Shown here piece by piece: positions 37,001 to 49,208 of a DNA stretch of 64,000 nt (position 1 is its first letter; every line of letters starts with the position of its first letter). The translations under genes were made by a program, and so were the position numbers. The stretch lies in NCBI RefSeq assembly GCF_003704095.1, contig NW_020846737.1:248001-312000 (forward strand), written 5' to 3'. This DNA comes from Pocillopora damicornis (lineage: Eukaryota). Below the pieces are notes generated by a model. The model ran no database searches, was not told where the DNA came from, and saw nothing but the letters and a program-made list of their open reading frames with translations.

Positions 37001-40000
37001 TCCAACACCAGCTTCCCTGTGTTAAAGNNNNNNNNNNNNNNNNNNNNNNNNNNNNNNNNNNNNNNNNNNNNNNNNNNNNNNNNNNNNNNNNNNNNNNNNN
37101 NNNNNNNNNNNNNNNNNNNNNNNNNNNATACATTTTGCAAGGTGAGGAGAATTTGTTTAACAATCATTTCATCTATTCTTGTGACCTTTGTGTTTGATAC
37201 AGGAGTGATACTGTTAAGATAAATTAGATGATAGTCACTCTTGTATTGCAGGTTTCAAGAGGTTCAAGGTACTTTTGTTTTCTATTTAATTTTTTAAGGT
37301 TGCAAAAGTAATTGTACCTCTTCGCCCCCATGAAAACTCTCCTCCTGAAACAAAACAAAAATTTGTTTAACAATCACTTCTATGAAGTTTTCACTGAGAA
37401 GTAATAATGTGAATGTTCATATTCACATCTTTATCCGCAGTTCACATACAAGATTTTCATAATCACAGTCAGAGGTAATAATCTATGATTGTAAGTAATC
37501 ATGGGCATGGTCAAAGATTCACTCTGAATATGAACCTCTTTTGAAGCACTTTACCCTTACAATGGACTGTGGTTTGCTTAAATTGCAAAATTTTAATTTA
37601 CAAAAAGGACAGCACTGTTTTGTTAGAGTCATCAAAAATCAAGTAACATCCATCTGATGACTCTTAATTTTTGTGGATGCTGGTGGGAGAAATATATCAG
37701 GATACACTTTATTATAATAATTATTGGATATTCATACAGCACTTTTTTTGGTGTTGGATCAAAAGCCCCTTACTTTAAACCTAGTTACAATTTTCTGCAT
37801 ATTATCATGATGTATTTGTAAACTGAGTGAGAGGGCAGGACAGGAAAATATTTGACTTGAGGACATAATGTACAGAGAGGGCACAGTGAGGTCTTTGTGC
37901 CATGAATGAGACCCAAATATTTTTCCACCTGGCCTGACTAACTCAGTCAATAGGCATTTTATCATATGACTGACTTTTGAAAAGTTCAAAAAGTTTGTTT
38001 TAACTTAAACAGGACATGATAGACTGGCAAGTATGGGAAAACCAAAAAAAATATTTTACAATAAAAACTTTCCTTTATTTTGTCCAGTCAGAACAAGAAA
38101 CTCATAATTTGTTGAAAAACATGTCTTAGTTTCTCATTTTTGTGCACTGCTATCACTCATTTTCTGAAACAAAAGTGAACAATGTTTCTCTTTTTTCGCA
38201 ATAAAGCCATACAAACAAATGCATTATGGCTGGACGGCTTGTTGCAGACCAGCTCATGTCAACCTGTCCACCATACACATGTCAGCTTTCACTACGGTTT
38301 TCTACAAGATTGCACAAGCAGAGCCAGTCATATGATGAAACACCTTATTTGCTCCCCTTCACTCCCAAGATCTGATTGTTAATTCTCCTTTCTGGCCACC
38401 ACATATTATTTCCTTGTAAATTAGTTTCTAGAATTTGATCAAGATAACAACTTTTACCTGATAAGTTTCACTATTCTCATTACCTGTTTGCTGGATAATA
38501 TATGGATTTTTAGAGGAGAAGTTAATGTTAATCACCTCTGAGACTTTAAGGGTTACTTACAAAATCAAAGTATCAAGGGAAAAAAAAGCATACTTCCTGT
38601 CCTGGAACAGTGGACCAGAAGAACCCTCTCCAATCTGGATCTTCAAAAATGTACGGCACAAACCGTGTCAACAGACGCACACAGTTCAGGACTGAAACAA
38701 AACAGAAGAGTGAACAATAAAAACGTAGAATATATGATAATGCATTCAACTCTCAAATTGGTAGTGTCAAAATAATTTCCAACAGAAATACTCAGAGTAA
38801 AAAGGCTTTTGAATTTTAGAGAAAAGAGTCCCAACCATTGGCCCATTTCAAAATGTTTTTTGATTATTAAGCAGTTTTTGATCAAATGTCCATGGTTATC
38901 ATAATGCTTTAGATTTGAGTTATACCCTTTGAGATGGGTTAAGAGACCTCTACATCTCCTACTCGCCCAAACAGAAGCAAAACTCCTTGTTAACCCTCAA
39001 TTTACACCCTGACATCAGTATGCATATTCTCTATACTGTTCTCTATACATTTCCTTAGGTGATAGCAAGGAGAATTAGTTTCACCACAAAGAAATTCTGT
39101 AGTTGATGATCATTTCCTTTATTCTCATGACATGTTTGATTTGATGTTGGTATTGTGGGGAGAAATTAGATCAAGTCCCTCTAAGAGGCCAAGGGATTAA
39201 ACTATAGCTATAATTATGATTTTATCTTTCAAGAAATTTGAAACAAATCAATAAAAATAAAAACTTACCAGAAAGTTGTTCAGAAGGGTTGGAACAACCA
39301 GTCAAAGTGGCATTATGAAGCTTCTCGACACACTATACATAGAAATAAACATGTGAAGGGTAACATTAAAAAAAAAGTTGTCTTACAACCAATGCAAAAA
39401 CAATAATAACGTTTTTCACTCAGCTAACTGCATAATGAATATATTGCTTCAAATTGGAGCACAGACATATATCTCTAGTTGATTAGCAAATGATCACCAT
39501 GACAAATCCTTTTAAGACTTGTTGTTTGTATGTTAAATTAAAAATATGCCTTTTTTTCTACATGTACATGCAACATCTGTTTATTAGCACCATTGGGAAG
39601 TCTAGGCCACAGTAATTTGAAATTGTTTATACAAATTAAAAATGACATCAATATGTAAACAATATTTGTCAATACTTCCTGAAAATAGCATGAGGATTAC
39701 TAAGGACAGATTTTGTCCTTAAAAGACATGATAAGTTATGCCTGAGGTTTGGTTAACCATAAAGGACTCTAGGCGCAATTTATGCATGAGTTTTGCCGCA
39801 AAATAAGTGATAACTAAATTTATTCAATTTTTTGACATAGTTGAAAAAAATTTAATTTATCTCACGAAGTTACACCATGAATGCTGCCTGATCATTTTGT
39901 TTTTCATTTTTATACAGCAGCAAAATACTGGAATGTGAGAGAAATGATTCTATGGGTACCCTGGGTCTTTTGGCATTTGATTGTATACAATCAAATGGAA

Positions 40001-40984
40001 AATAAAGACAATAAGATTTTATAAAACAGACGAAATCGTTGGCGTAAATAATTCATAGTATACTTCAAAAGATCACTTAAAAAATATATCTGCTCCCCTC
40101 TGCGATAGGCGAGAAGAAAGAAATTTATCGCTTAAAGTAATAGCACTAGTGACAAGTGCTTCGAACGTTTATTTTGAAACCTAAAATTGTGAGCATGAAC
40201 GTCAGAAGATCATAGATGAAGATTTAGACACTCAAGGTCACCTTCGATATCTTGTAAACACTTCTAGGGCCTTTCGATAATTTACTCGATTTATGAAGAA
40301 TATTCCTTGCTTGGTAAGAAATTAAACATGGTTGAATTTTAGTCGACTGAAAACACAGACCTCTTCGCGATCATGTCTAAACTATAGAGAACAAAAATAT
40401 TCGTGTTTGTTGTTAATGAAATTATAAAACATTGGTAATTGCAAGCTAGTCTGTCATGCTCCAACAAAACTCATGGCTTCGCTTACTGTTGTATTGTAAA
40501 TTAAGACAAAGGCCATCAAAATAATTAGAAAGCAAGGAAATCAAGACGAAAACTGGCCATATCGATTTCTTGGACAACTTGAAATTCACTCATAACACGA
40601 AGAGTTTGAGGAGTGTCAAGACATACACTCACCTTGTAGCAAAGCGTCGCCAAATTTGAGGGATTCTCGTCTCGTAAAGCTCTGATTTCCGAGGCAGGAA
40701 TCAAAGTAAAAACGTCACTGATAGTCGCCGACGACTCAGACCAAAACTGATCCCAAAAGGTGTCATCTGTCGCTTCGACAGCCTGAAACGATCGACAAAA
40801 TTGACTTCGGTGAGTTTATCAGGTGAACATTGACTAACAACCGGTTCAGTCCCACAAAACCCTCCGCCAAAGATCTCGAAAAAGACAGCTGAGAATACAT
40901 CTTCATCACTTTGCTCACCGTCTTTTTTGTTGTCAGCTGAACGACGGCTTTCCTGAAATTTAGTTTACTGTCCGAACCTCCCAT
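28100..40984 (-). CDS. HID1: HID1 domain-containing protein (Golgi/TGN peripheral protein, dense-core vesicle biogenesis)
   Basis: Spliced translation matches HID1 from MGGSDSKLNFRKAVVQLT to WYDTDVKLFEIQRV*. GT-AG exons: 40984-40919, 40782-40633, 39332-39269, 38691-38594, 37344-37318, [gap], 37016-36895, 36264-36207, 36047-35976, 35403-35262, 34596-34540, 34117-34061, 33884-33801, 33694-33604, 33487-33422, 33227-33142, 32638-32560, 32040-31979, 31766-31664, 31193-31141, 30799-30726, 30362-30271, 29960-29782, 29539-29448, 29335-29236, 28687-28629, 28163-28100. Phases are consistent except across the N gap. N-myristoylation-type start MGxxxS. Confidence 0.97.
28419..28530. repeat. 20-bp tandem repeat (5.5 copies) in the last HID1 intron
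   Basis: Unit cgcgagtgtacaccacttaa at 28421, 28441, 28461, 28481, 28501 and partial at 28521; one g>a variant in two copies. Confidence 0.95.
28926..29140. mobile_element. TTAA-flanked piggyBac-like MITE (intronic)
   Basis: ttaaccct...aaagtgttaa ends; core catcagtatgcatattctccatactgttctctatacatttcc shared with copies at 38990, 42619 and 44084. Confidence 0.75.
30433..30630. mobile_element. TTAA-flanked piggyBac-like MITE (intronic)
   Basis: ttaaccctttcactccca ... tgggagttaaagggtta terminal inverted repeats; body shared with the 32853 and 34186 copies. Confidence 0.8.
32853..33040. mobile_element. MITE copy, same family (one end eroded)
   Basis: gatattgtaaggagaaattctgtcttggtcactc...gttaaaggattaa shared with the 30433 copy. 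Confidence 0.7.
34186..34403. mobile_element. TTAA-flanked MITE, reverse orientation relative to the 30433 copy
   Basis: ttaacccctt...actcccatgagtgaccaagacag ... gggagtgaaaaggttaa. Confidence 0.8.
36676..36865. mobile_element. MITE copy, related subfamily
   Basis: Ends in gggactttaagggttaa; body similar to 42160-42373 and, in reverse, to 38353-38556. Confidence 0.6.
37028..37127. other. Assembly gap (100 N, probably unsized) hiding HID1 coding sequence
   Basis: N run; the flanking HID1 exons are phase-incompatible (0 versus 2). Confidence 0.95.
38353..38556. mobile_element. MITE copy, related subfamily
   Basis: ccccttcactcccaagatctgattgttaattctcc ... ttaagggtta. Confidence 0.65.
38990..39200. 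mobile_element. TTAA-flanked MITE copy
   Basis: ttaaccct...tttacaccctgacatcagtatgcatattctc ... aagggattaa. Confidence 0.7.
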
Positions 40985-41285
40985 TCTAACAACTAAATTT
41001 TCCCTCCTCTTTGTAAACTCTTCAGAAAGGTGACGGTGCGCAGCCTCTGTCAACTGCCTCCGCCACGTGGGTTCGGAAACTGTCGCCCAATCTTCGTGAA
41101 CCCTCGGTAAGTGAAATGCGCAACCGAATACCGTAGTGGAAAACATTAATATTCAAATTTAGTAGTTCCGGGTCATTAACTTTCGGGAAGTTCTGCGAGC
41201 TAAACGTAATGTAATCGGGATAGTTTCGAGACTGAGGCTCAAAGACTTCATGACTTAGCCGTGGATTAAGGAAGTTGGGTCAAAT
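40985..41285. promoter_or_regulatory. Probable bidirectional promoter and 5' UTRs between HID1 and the PH-domain gene
   Basis: Divergent start codons at 40984 (-) and 41286 (+) are only 301 nt apart; the interval is locally CpG-rich. Confidence 0.7.
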
Positions 41286-44200
41286 ATGTCTGGTGAGGCG
41301 ACTGAAACACGACTTCACTTCGAGGGAGTTCTCGACAAAGCTGGTAGAAGATTCTTTGAGGTATGTGTCGGAATTTTAAGCTTGCAGATTTTTAAATAGC
41401 TCGATTTGCGATCTTATGAAGCCTGCACTATGATGTTAAGCGTTATGAAACATGATTACGATATAAAAGAAAAGAGGAAGGCGATTTTCCTAACGAAAAC
41501 AGTGTTCGAGATCTTGGTTAGATTAGCTTGATTTACATGTAAGCTTACTCTGATGTAGGAAAGCTCAGCCAACAAGGAAATTGTGAAATTTCAGCGGGAG
41601 GTCGCTGTTGCTTATCTGTTCATCACGCCTCTAAAACACTTTTATATCTTTCACCAGTAATAATTCTCATTTATTCACAATTATCACACTCACTTGACTT
41701 CCAAAAGGATTGAATAGTACCCATTGGTCTTAGATTTCCGTCGAAAACGAAAGTTGGTTGAAGCAGTTTTGAATTCAGCGCTTGGCTGAAAAGGACATTG
41801 ACTAAGTTTCTGGTTCATTTGCTTATCCTTCTTGAGATTTCTTCGTCAAAAAAGAAAAGAAAANNNNNNNNNNNNNNNNNNNNNNNNNNNNNNNNNNNNN
41901 NNNNNNNNNNNNNNNNNNNNNNNNNNNNNNNNNNNNNNNNNNNNNNNNNNNNNNNNNNNNNNNGATTTTGCACCCCACAGGTATGTTTCACTTAAATAAT
42001 AGGATCCTTGTAGGTGCCTTTGTTTCATTGAATTTTGGCCAGAAGTACAGTGTACCCCACAATTAGTTCTGTGCTGTGATCACTGTGGAACCTTCTAAAT
42101 CATAAGTTACTTGTGCAGTATGCAAAATGTTTTGGTCTTGTATTGTACATAAATGTATCTCAACCCTTTTAATTCTCAGAATTGAATTTAACATGTTACT
42201 TCTCCCTATAATATCTCCACATGATCTAGCAAATAGGTAATGAGAAAACTCAAGCTTATCAGGTAGAAGGTGTCATCTTGATCTAAAAACAAAATTCTTG
42301 CAACTTATTTACTTGGAAATGAAGCAGCCAGAGGGGTGAATCAATAATTAGCTCTTGGGAGTTAAGGGGTTAAACAGCCTCATTCTGTGGTTTGTTATGC
42401 ATTACGGGGGCAGGGGATTGCTTTCTAGTGGAGCAGAGAGCTTGGCTCCCACCCCTGAAACTGGGCCTCAGTAAAACAGATGCCCTATGTGAGTTTTTTG
42501 ATGGTTCTAACCTACAGTACTCTCATGGGTTTCTCTCTTCATCAAAAGAAAAAAAATCTTAAAAAATAATTTGACTTGTGTGGCTTTAAAGTTTGCATAT
42601 GGGTAGGATCAGCATTGTTTTAAGCTTTACATCGTAACATCAGTATATATTCTTAATAGTGTTTTCTATACATTTCTTAAAGTACTGACAAGGAGAATTT
42701 GTTGAACAATCAAGAGCTTTTTTTAGTTGATGATCATTTCCTCTATTCTCCAGACCTCAATGCAGTGATTTGGGGTTGATACTGTAAGAAGAAATTAAAT
42801 GCCAGTCACTTTTAGAGTCAAAAGGGTAAAGTTTTATGAGTTCAAATATATTAAAAAACATGGTAAATTTATCATTATTCTTGTTCTACATGTACATTGG
42901 TATACCACATGCAAGTTTTATGGTGGTGAAATTAAATGAATGATGATTTGGTTTAGTAATTATTATATTTTGTGCCACAATATTTTTAGGGCTTTAGAAA
43001 GAGATGGTTCACACTAGATGGGCAGGAGTTGAAATATTACAAAGCTGCTGAGAAAACAGTAAGATAAAGGGAGCAAGATCAAATTTTGCAACAGAGTTCT
43101 GTTTACTAGATAGACATGTATGCCTTTTATAAAATACCATAGATCAAGACTTTCTTTTGAGCTACTTGTTAGTCATGTTCATTTAACAGTCAGTGATGAA
43201 TATGGATATTTAGAATTTATGAATCCTTTTCTTTTTACAGGAAGAAAATTACCTTGGAACCATTGATTTTGGCCAGGTAATATTTTTTTATCAACTGGGG
43301 AAGATCATGTTGGAAGTACACATGTGATATAACAGAAGACAGATACTACAATATAACTTAAACTCTATTTCTACATCTTCAATCAATCAATTCCTTGATT
43401 TATTCATAACACTAAAATTTCATTTTGATTTGATGTATTACTGTGGAAAAATCATTCCTTCACAATTCACCTCCATTTCTGGGATAACCATTGTAATAGG
43501 TTAATAAGGAAAGTGCTATATCATGTGACATACTTAATGACGGTTTTTGGCCAAATTAAGAGTTATCTAAATACAAGTATAATTAATTTATCTTACATCT
43601 GTTATCATTAGGTCAAGGCAGTTAATCCAGTAAAGATAGTCCACAATGGCTTTCAGATTATCACCAAGAGCAGGACGTACACATTTGTAAGTACTGCTGA
43701 AATGTCATGCCATTCACCTCAATAACATACCTAAGTGAAAAGCTCTCCTCCTCTGCCCCTTAGTCTACGTGTAGCCTTACCCCCCCTCTAAGGTAAAACT
43801 CGCCTCTGTTTCACCTTGGCAGGGGGGGAGGGTACAGCTACATGTAGGCTACTGCTCCCAGGCTTCCTTATCCACCCCTCCCTCCCTCCCCCAGAGCTTG
43901 CTGCAGCAGCAACTATTTTGCTAATTGATGATGTCACCCCTCTAGAGTATCATGCCCTTGGGTGTGCTTGTATCATCTGTCTGATCGCCTTCAACTGCAT
44001 GATGGAAATTTCGTGGAGTGGCCGTATGCCTTCATATCTTGTGCCTTTACTTTTACTGTACAGATGTAGCAAATGCCAATGTTCCTTTGATCCTCAAGGG
44101 TGACCAGCATCTAATTTCTCCTTACAATATCACCCTTGAATCAAACATTAAGGTCCAAAGTATAATGGAAATGGCCATCACCCAAAGAAGCTCTTGATTG

Positions 44201-46389
44201 TTAAACAAATTCTCCTTGTCAGCACCTTAGGAAATGTATAGAGAACAGTATGGAGAATATGCATACTGATGTTAGGGTGTGAAAGGGTTGAAGCCGTCTT
44301 GTCTGCCCCCATTTGAACTCTGCTGTAAGGCAATCAAATAGTGCCATGTGCGCAAGAAAGCAAAAAACTAACGCGCAATGCTTGTGTTACCTTACTCGTT
44401 ATGCGCAAATGAAGTGTTTTGTTGTCCCTTGAATTTGCTTCTCCATATCGCGGTCAAGTTTAGGTACAACTGCAGGCGTATTTGTAAACGCAATGTGTAC
44501 ATTTATCAGACAACAGCCCTTTACTCGATAAACCACAATCACATTTCCGGATAAATGTCGCGTAAACTCGCCTACTTCATTATGTGAAAGGTCGTAAATG
44601 CAAGTAATAACCACTTAAAACTCCTTTTTTTTTAACATTGTAAATTATGATAAGAGTAAACGTTTAAGGAGAGGTTAAGTGTTAAGCCAGCCAGAAGCCA
44701 TGATCTGCTGAGGGTTATTTTTCGATTTAAGGTTTCTTGCTCTTTCAGTCCGCTCCAACACCTGAGTTGTTCAACGACTGGGTAAGTGTACTGAGGCAAG
44801 CAATGCAGCTGAAATCCTTTGATATGCGCAGGAACACTATCAGGTAAGAGAGGTAGATTTTGAACTGTGAGTTCAAAGTCGAGTTTTGAAAGTAATCTGG
44901 GATGACATTAGTTTGTCTCGTCTTTGTTCTTTAATTGGTCCAGAAACCTCATCTCATCCTCTCAAACAAACAGGATTATGTCCGTCGGGTTTATCTCAAG
45001 GCGCAGCTTTAAAGTTGGTGATCGCGAATTGTGCATGAAATCGATTACATGAAACGTTATTTAAGTCGCTTTCAACGTGCGCCTCTTAAGTTTAATCTTG
45101 GAAGCAAAGCGGAATTTTGCTGGCGTAAGCTCAAGCCCCGTTAAAGTGAATTTTTTTTTCAAGCTGGAATTTATGCCATTGATTTCATTCGAGAAACCAC
45201 TTGTAAAGGAATACCAATTGCTGACAGTTTTCTTCTGACGGGTGGCTACTGTCTGGGCTAATTGAACGATAAATCCTTGATTATTAACCAGTGACCAGCA
45301 TCTAATTTCTCCTTACAGTAACACTGCTAAGTTAGTCATCAAGATTATAAGAATAAAGGAAATGATCGCCACCCTTAGAAGCTTTGATTATTAAACCAAT
45401 TCTCTTTGTTAGTACCAAAAGAAATTTCTAGATAAGAGTTTGGAGAATTTAGATACTGATGTTAGGGTGTAAATGGTTAACTGAGAATTGTCCCACTCTG
45501 CTATTGCAGCAGTCAAAGTTCCGTAGACTCACAGTATGAAGAAGTCAAAAGCCGGCCTAATAGAAGCTTCAGCGCTTTAAGCAGCGGTAGCAGTAACTTG
45601 AGTTTTGACGAAGATGATGCCACTGATGCCTTGTACTCTAGTGTTGGAGTTCCCACTGAGGTCAATCCAAGTCAGGGGGAAGACGCGTACAGCTTAGTTG
45701 GTGCATCAACACTTCCCAAAGCTAAGAAAGATTCAAGCGATGGTGCAACGTATGAGTTAGTTGGATCGAGGCCACCGTCAAAGTCCGCTCCACCCACATA
45801 CGAAATGGTCCAAGCCGCAGGGAGATCGTCGCCTTCGAAAACCGTTACTGAAAGTGCTCATCAAAAACAGACCGAAAATACAGAATTGCGCGGTTCTACG
45901 CCGGGAGAACAGGACGGTAGCGAGCTTTATGACGTGGTTCGAGATACGGGGGATGTTGGACGATCAGGCCCAAAGGTGACGGATGACAAGCCTTCGAGTA
46001 AAGAGTGCAAAGAAGGAGAACAGAGTTCTAATTCTGACGTAACTGACCTTTACAGCTTCCCGAAAATTAACAGAAAACAAAAGCCATCATCAATACGTGG
46101 TCTTTCCATCATTTCAGAAAGCCTAGATTCTGGGGACGAGCTTGATTCTCAGTCGCCCGTCGATGATGTACCCCCGCCACTGCCTCCCCTGACGGATGAG
46201 TCGCTCGCCATCGAAGAGATAAAACGACTGTTGGAAGAAGCAAAGATGGAAGAACGAGACAACGAAGCAGATTATGAGAAAACGAATGGAAAAGATTGCG
46301 AGGACGAAGTTTTCCCAGAGAAGAAACGTTCCGCCTTTGAGCAACTGCGGGAGTTTCTGCAGACGCTCGATTCTACAGAGGAAGAGTGA
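41286..46389 (+). CDS. PH-domain docking/adaptor protein (~409 aa) with a disordered tail rich in YxxV motifs
   Basis: GT-AG exons 41286-41360, 42990-43058, 43241-43276, 43612-43686, 44749-44843, 45510-46389 splice in frame: MSGEATETRLHFEGVLDKAGRRFFEGFRKRWFTLDGQELKYYKAAEKTEENYLGTIDFGQVKAVNPVKIVHNGFQIITKSRTYTFSAPTPELFNDWVSVLRQAM (canonical PH), then an acidic Ser-rich tail with YEEV, YSSV, YSLV, YELV, YEMV, YDVV, YSFP and PPPLPP. Confidence 0.88.
41864..41963. other. Assembly gap (100 N) in intron 1 of the PH gene
   Basis: N run. Confidence 0.99.
42160..42373. mobile_element. TTAA-type MITE copy (intronic)
   Basis: tcaaccctttt ... gggagttaaggggttaa. Confidence 0.65.
42619..42830. mobile_element. 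TTAA-type MITE copy (intronic)
   Basis: Body similar to 28926-29140 (ctgacaaggagaatt...aacaatcaagagctt). Confidence 0.7.
43761..43851. mobile_element. Small (~90 bp) palindromic MITE
   Basis: tagtctacgtgtagccttaccccccc / gggggagggtacagctacatgtaggcta imperfect inverted ends with TA at both termini. Confidence 0.7.
44084..44291. mobile_element. MITE copy, reverse orientation relative to the 28926 copy
   Basis: gagaatatgcatactgatgttagggtgtgaaagggttga is the reverse complement of the family start. Confidence 0.75.
45284..45480. mobile_element. TTAA-flanked MITE copy
   Basis: ttaacc...gtgaccagcatctaatttctccttaca ... gatgttagggtgtaaatggttaa. Confidence 0.75.
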
Positions 46390-47825
46390 AACAGTTTTTT
46401 AAAGGACTCATGCTGCTAAATTATTTGATATTGTAGTACACTTGCCACTTAGTACAGTAGGGATTTTCAGCATCCTATTTCGGCTCGAAAACAGGAACAA
46501 AATTTTGTAGGTATCAGAATGTCTTTACAGTTTGTTCAAAGGAATCCGAGGAAAAAACTCGGGGCAAGTTAAGGTAAAACTGTACGTAGAATCTTATTTG
46601 GAACTCTGCTGACTTTCGCCGGCTCGTCTCCATTCACAGCAGCCCGCAAAAGCCATGCTTTTCTATTGAATAATTCGCTTTCTTCGCTTTTGGCGCAGGC
46701 AGCATGTTTTCCCTTTTTGATTGGTTCATAGTGTTGGTTTGGTTACACAGATTCTGTTGAGCTGATTACTTAATGAACTCTATAGTCAATCGACCCTTAA
46801 TCCTTAAGAGAGTTATGTTGTATAGTAGTACCGAAGTCGTCTCTATGGAGCAGAAAATTTTATGAAGCTGAGATCTCGGCAAAATGCTCCACGGAGAAAC
46901 AGAGTCTTTAAAATAGGCCTCTCTGTGAAACAGAGAAGTATAACTCACTTTAGTCTTAATCTTACGCGAAGTATGTTTGGAAGATTTTTTTACATCCAAT
47001 TTACGATGTCGTCTCAAGTGTTGGGACAATTTAAAGGTTTATGGGCGAAACAAAGAAACAGGCGGCAATGTGAATGTTGTTAGATAGCAGATGAAAAATG
47101 GAAATAATATCTAGTGGGATAAATAACATTGAACTCACGGTCTAGGCCCAAGTTCATGTCAGATATGTTTGCTGTTTTGATCGTTTCATTGTCTGGCAGA
47201 GCTTAGACTTGCTAAGAGGTCTGTGACTGTTTTTGGAAGTTTTCATTTTCATCTATATAGAACAACATTTTTAGCAATCTAAACAATTAAACATAAAGTG
47301 TCTAAAGAATGGAACCAGGATAATTACGAAAAACGCTATGTGATATTGAATTATATGAGCACCTTTTCACATGTTTTTTACATAAGTTAGAAAAAAAAAT
47401 GAAGTAAGTGCTGTTATTTCATGAGCAGCACTTGAGTCTGCTAAGGTATATAACAACTTTTTATCGCCAGTTAGGGATAACTGTAGAGTTCATTGTAGGT
47501 ATTAAAAATACTAATAACATATTTTCATATTTAATAAGGAGATGTACTTTTGATATATATTTTTAACAACATTTAAAGCATGCGCGGAGAAAGGTTTGGC
47601 TCATGTCGTATTGTTTAAATTAGAATCACCTGCTTGGAAGGAAACTACTTTTTTCAAGAACAGGCTAGAGCTTTTTTTTTATATATAAAAAATGTAATTT
47701 ATAATTTATACCCTAGTTTTGATGGATGTAACTTGAGTTTCAAGGCTTATTCCTTGACCAAGGATAGTGTTATGTAACTATTGGAAATAGTTAGGATTGT
47801 AAATAAATGAAATCTCTGATTCATA

Positions 47826-48169
47826 NNNNNNNNNNNNNNNNNNNNNNNNNNNNNNNNNNNNNNNNNNNNNNNNNNNNNNNNNNNNNNNNNNNNNNNNNNN
47901 NNNNNNNNNNNNNNNNNNNNNNNNNNNNNNNNNNNNNNNNNNNNNNNNNNNNNNNNNNNNNNNNNNNNNNNNNNNNNNNNNNNNNNNNNNNNNNNNNNNN
48001 NNNNNNNNNNNNNNNNNNNNNNNNNNNNNNNNNNNNNNNNNNNNNNNNNNNNNNNNNNNNNNNNNNNNNNNNNNNNNNNNNNNNNNNNNNNNNNNNNNNN
48101 NNNNNNNNNNNNNNNNNNNNNNNNNNNNNNNNNNNNNNNNNNNNNNNNNNNNNNNNNNNNNNNNNNNNN
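47826..48169. other. Assembly gap
   Basis: N run. Confidence 0.99.
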
Positions 48170-49208
48170 AAGGTGCAGTAAAGCTGAGGATAATATTGAT
48201 AGCACACAGTGACTGGTGATATGAGATCCTGGGGTAGGCTAGGGGGGAAGGGATAGCAGCCCCATGCACCAGGTTCTTAATCTCGCGGGACTGTAGCTAG
48301 GCAGTCGAGCCGGTGCAAACGATCGCCGACGTGTCATCGAAGTCATCGTCGGTTATCTTGACCATCGCATAATCCTGAATGCTTCCGATTGGACCTCGAC
48401 CAGCTCAAAAGATCAAGATGTCTATGACTTCTAAAATTTCTACAATACGGTCGGGAAACGTTGAGTTCCTAATCATTTGAGATATTCCGACGTACGGAAA
48501 CTAGCCCCTGCGAACTTTTATTGAAAAAAGGAAAAAAGCGTCTTTGTGTAATCCTATTAAATTGATCGATATCCCTTTCTTAGCTGGCGGTTTCGATCGC
48601 GTGATAACAAGTTTGAATTTGCTTCTCACGCATTCGTCGATGACCACACCGTGTGTTTCTTTCAACTAAATTTTTTCTCAGTTTTTCTCTATAAGAAGTC
48701 CGTACTATTCTGGATAATGGTCCACTACATGTTAGCTGAGTGAAACTCAGATTACGTGAATCAAATGGACAGTTGATAAAGATGGTGATTAGCTAGCGAA
48801 GGACAGTCTGGTTGCCGCCGCAAAACATCGACCGAATACGAATGCTTCCTGTGTTCAAAAGACAAATTAGGTTGAATATATGAGGTGATAAAAGTGGTTA
48901 CAGGTGAAAACGAGGAAAAGGCGATGTACAGGAAATCCAAAGCGTGTTTAAGTATCACTGAAAGGAAAAAGAAAATGGAAAAGTTTGTGCGAGTGTTTTT
49001 AACTAAAATAGGATGTTTTTATTCTTAAAAAAAATACCACAACTTTAACATTTCAAGTGACAAAATATAAATTTGAAATAGAATTTGATTTCCTTCACTA
49101 CTCGTTAATTTTGATATGGCAATAGAGTAATAATAGTAACATAGTGTGTAGCAGTTATGACGCCCTCTCCTTTTTAATTCTGACCAAAGGTACGTTTAAA
49201 AAGAAGGA

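Noticed and set aside
47747-48269. ORFs spanning N runs (also near 37000, 41900 and 50600)
   Set aside because: Artefacts of translating assembly gaps.
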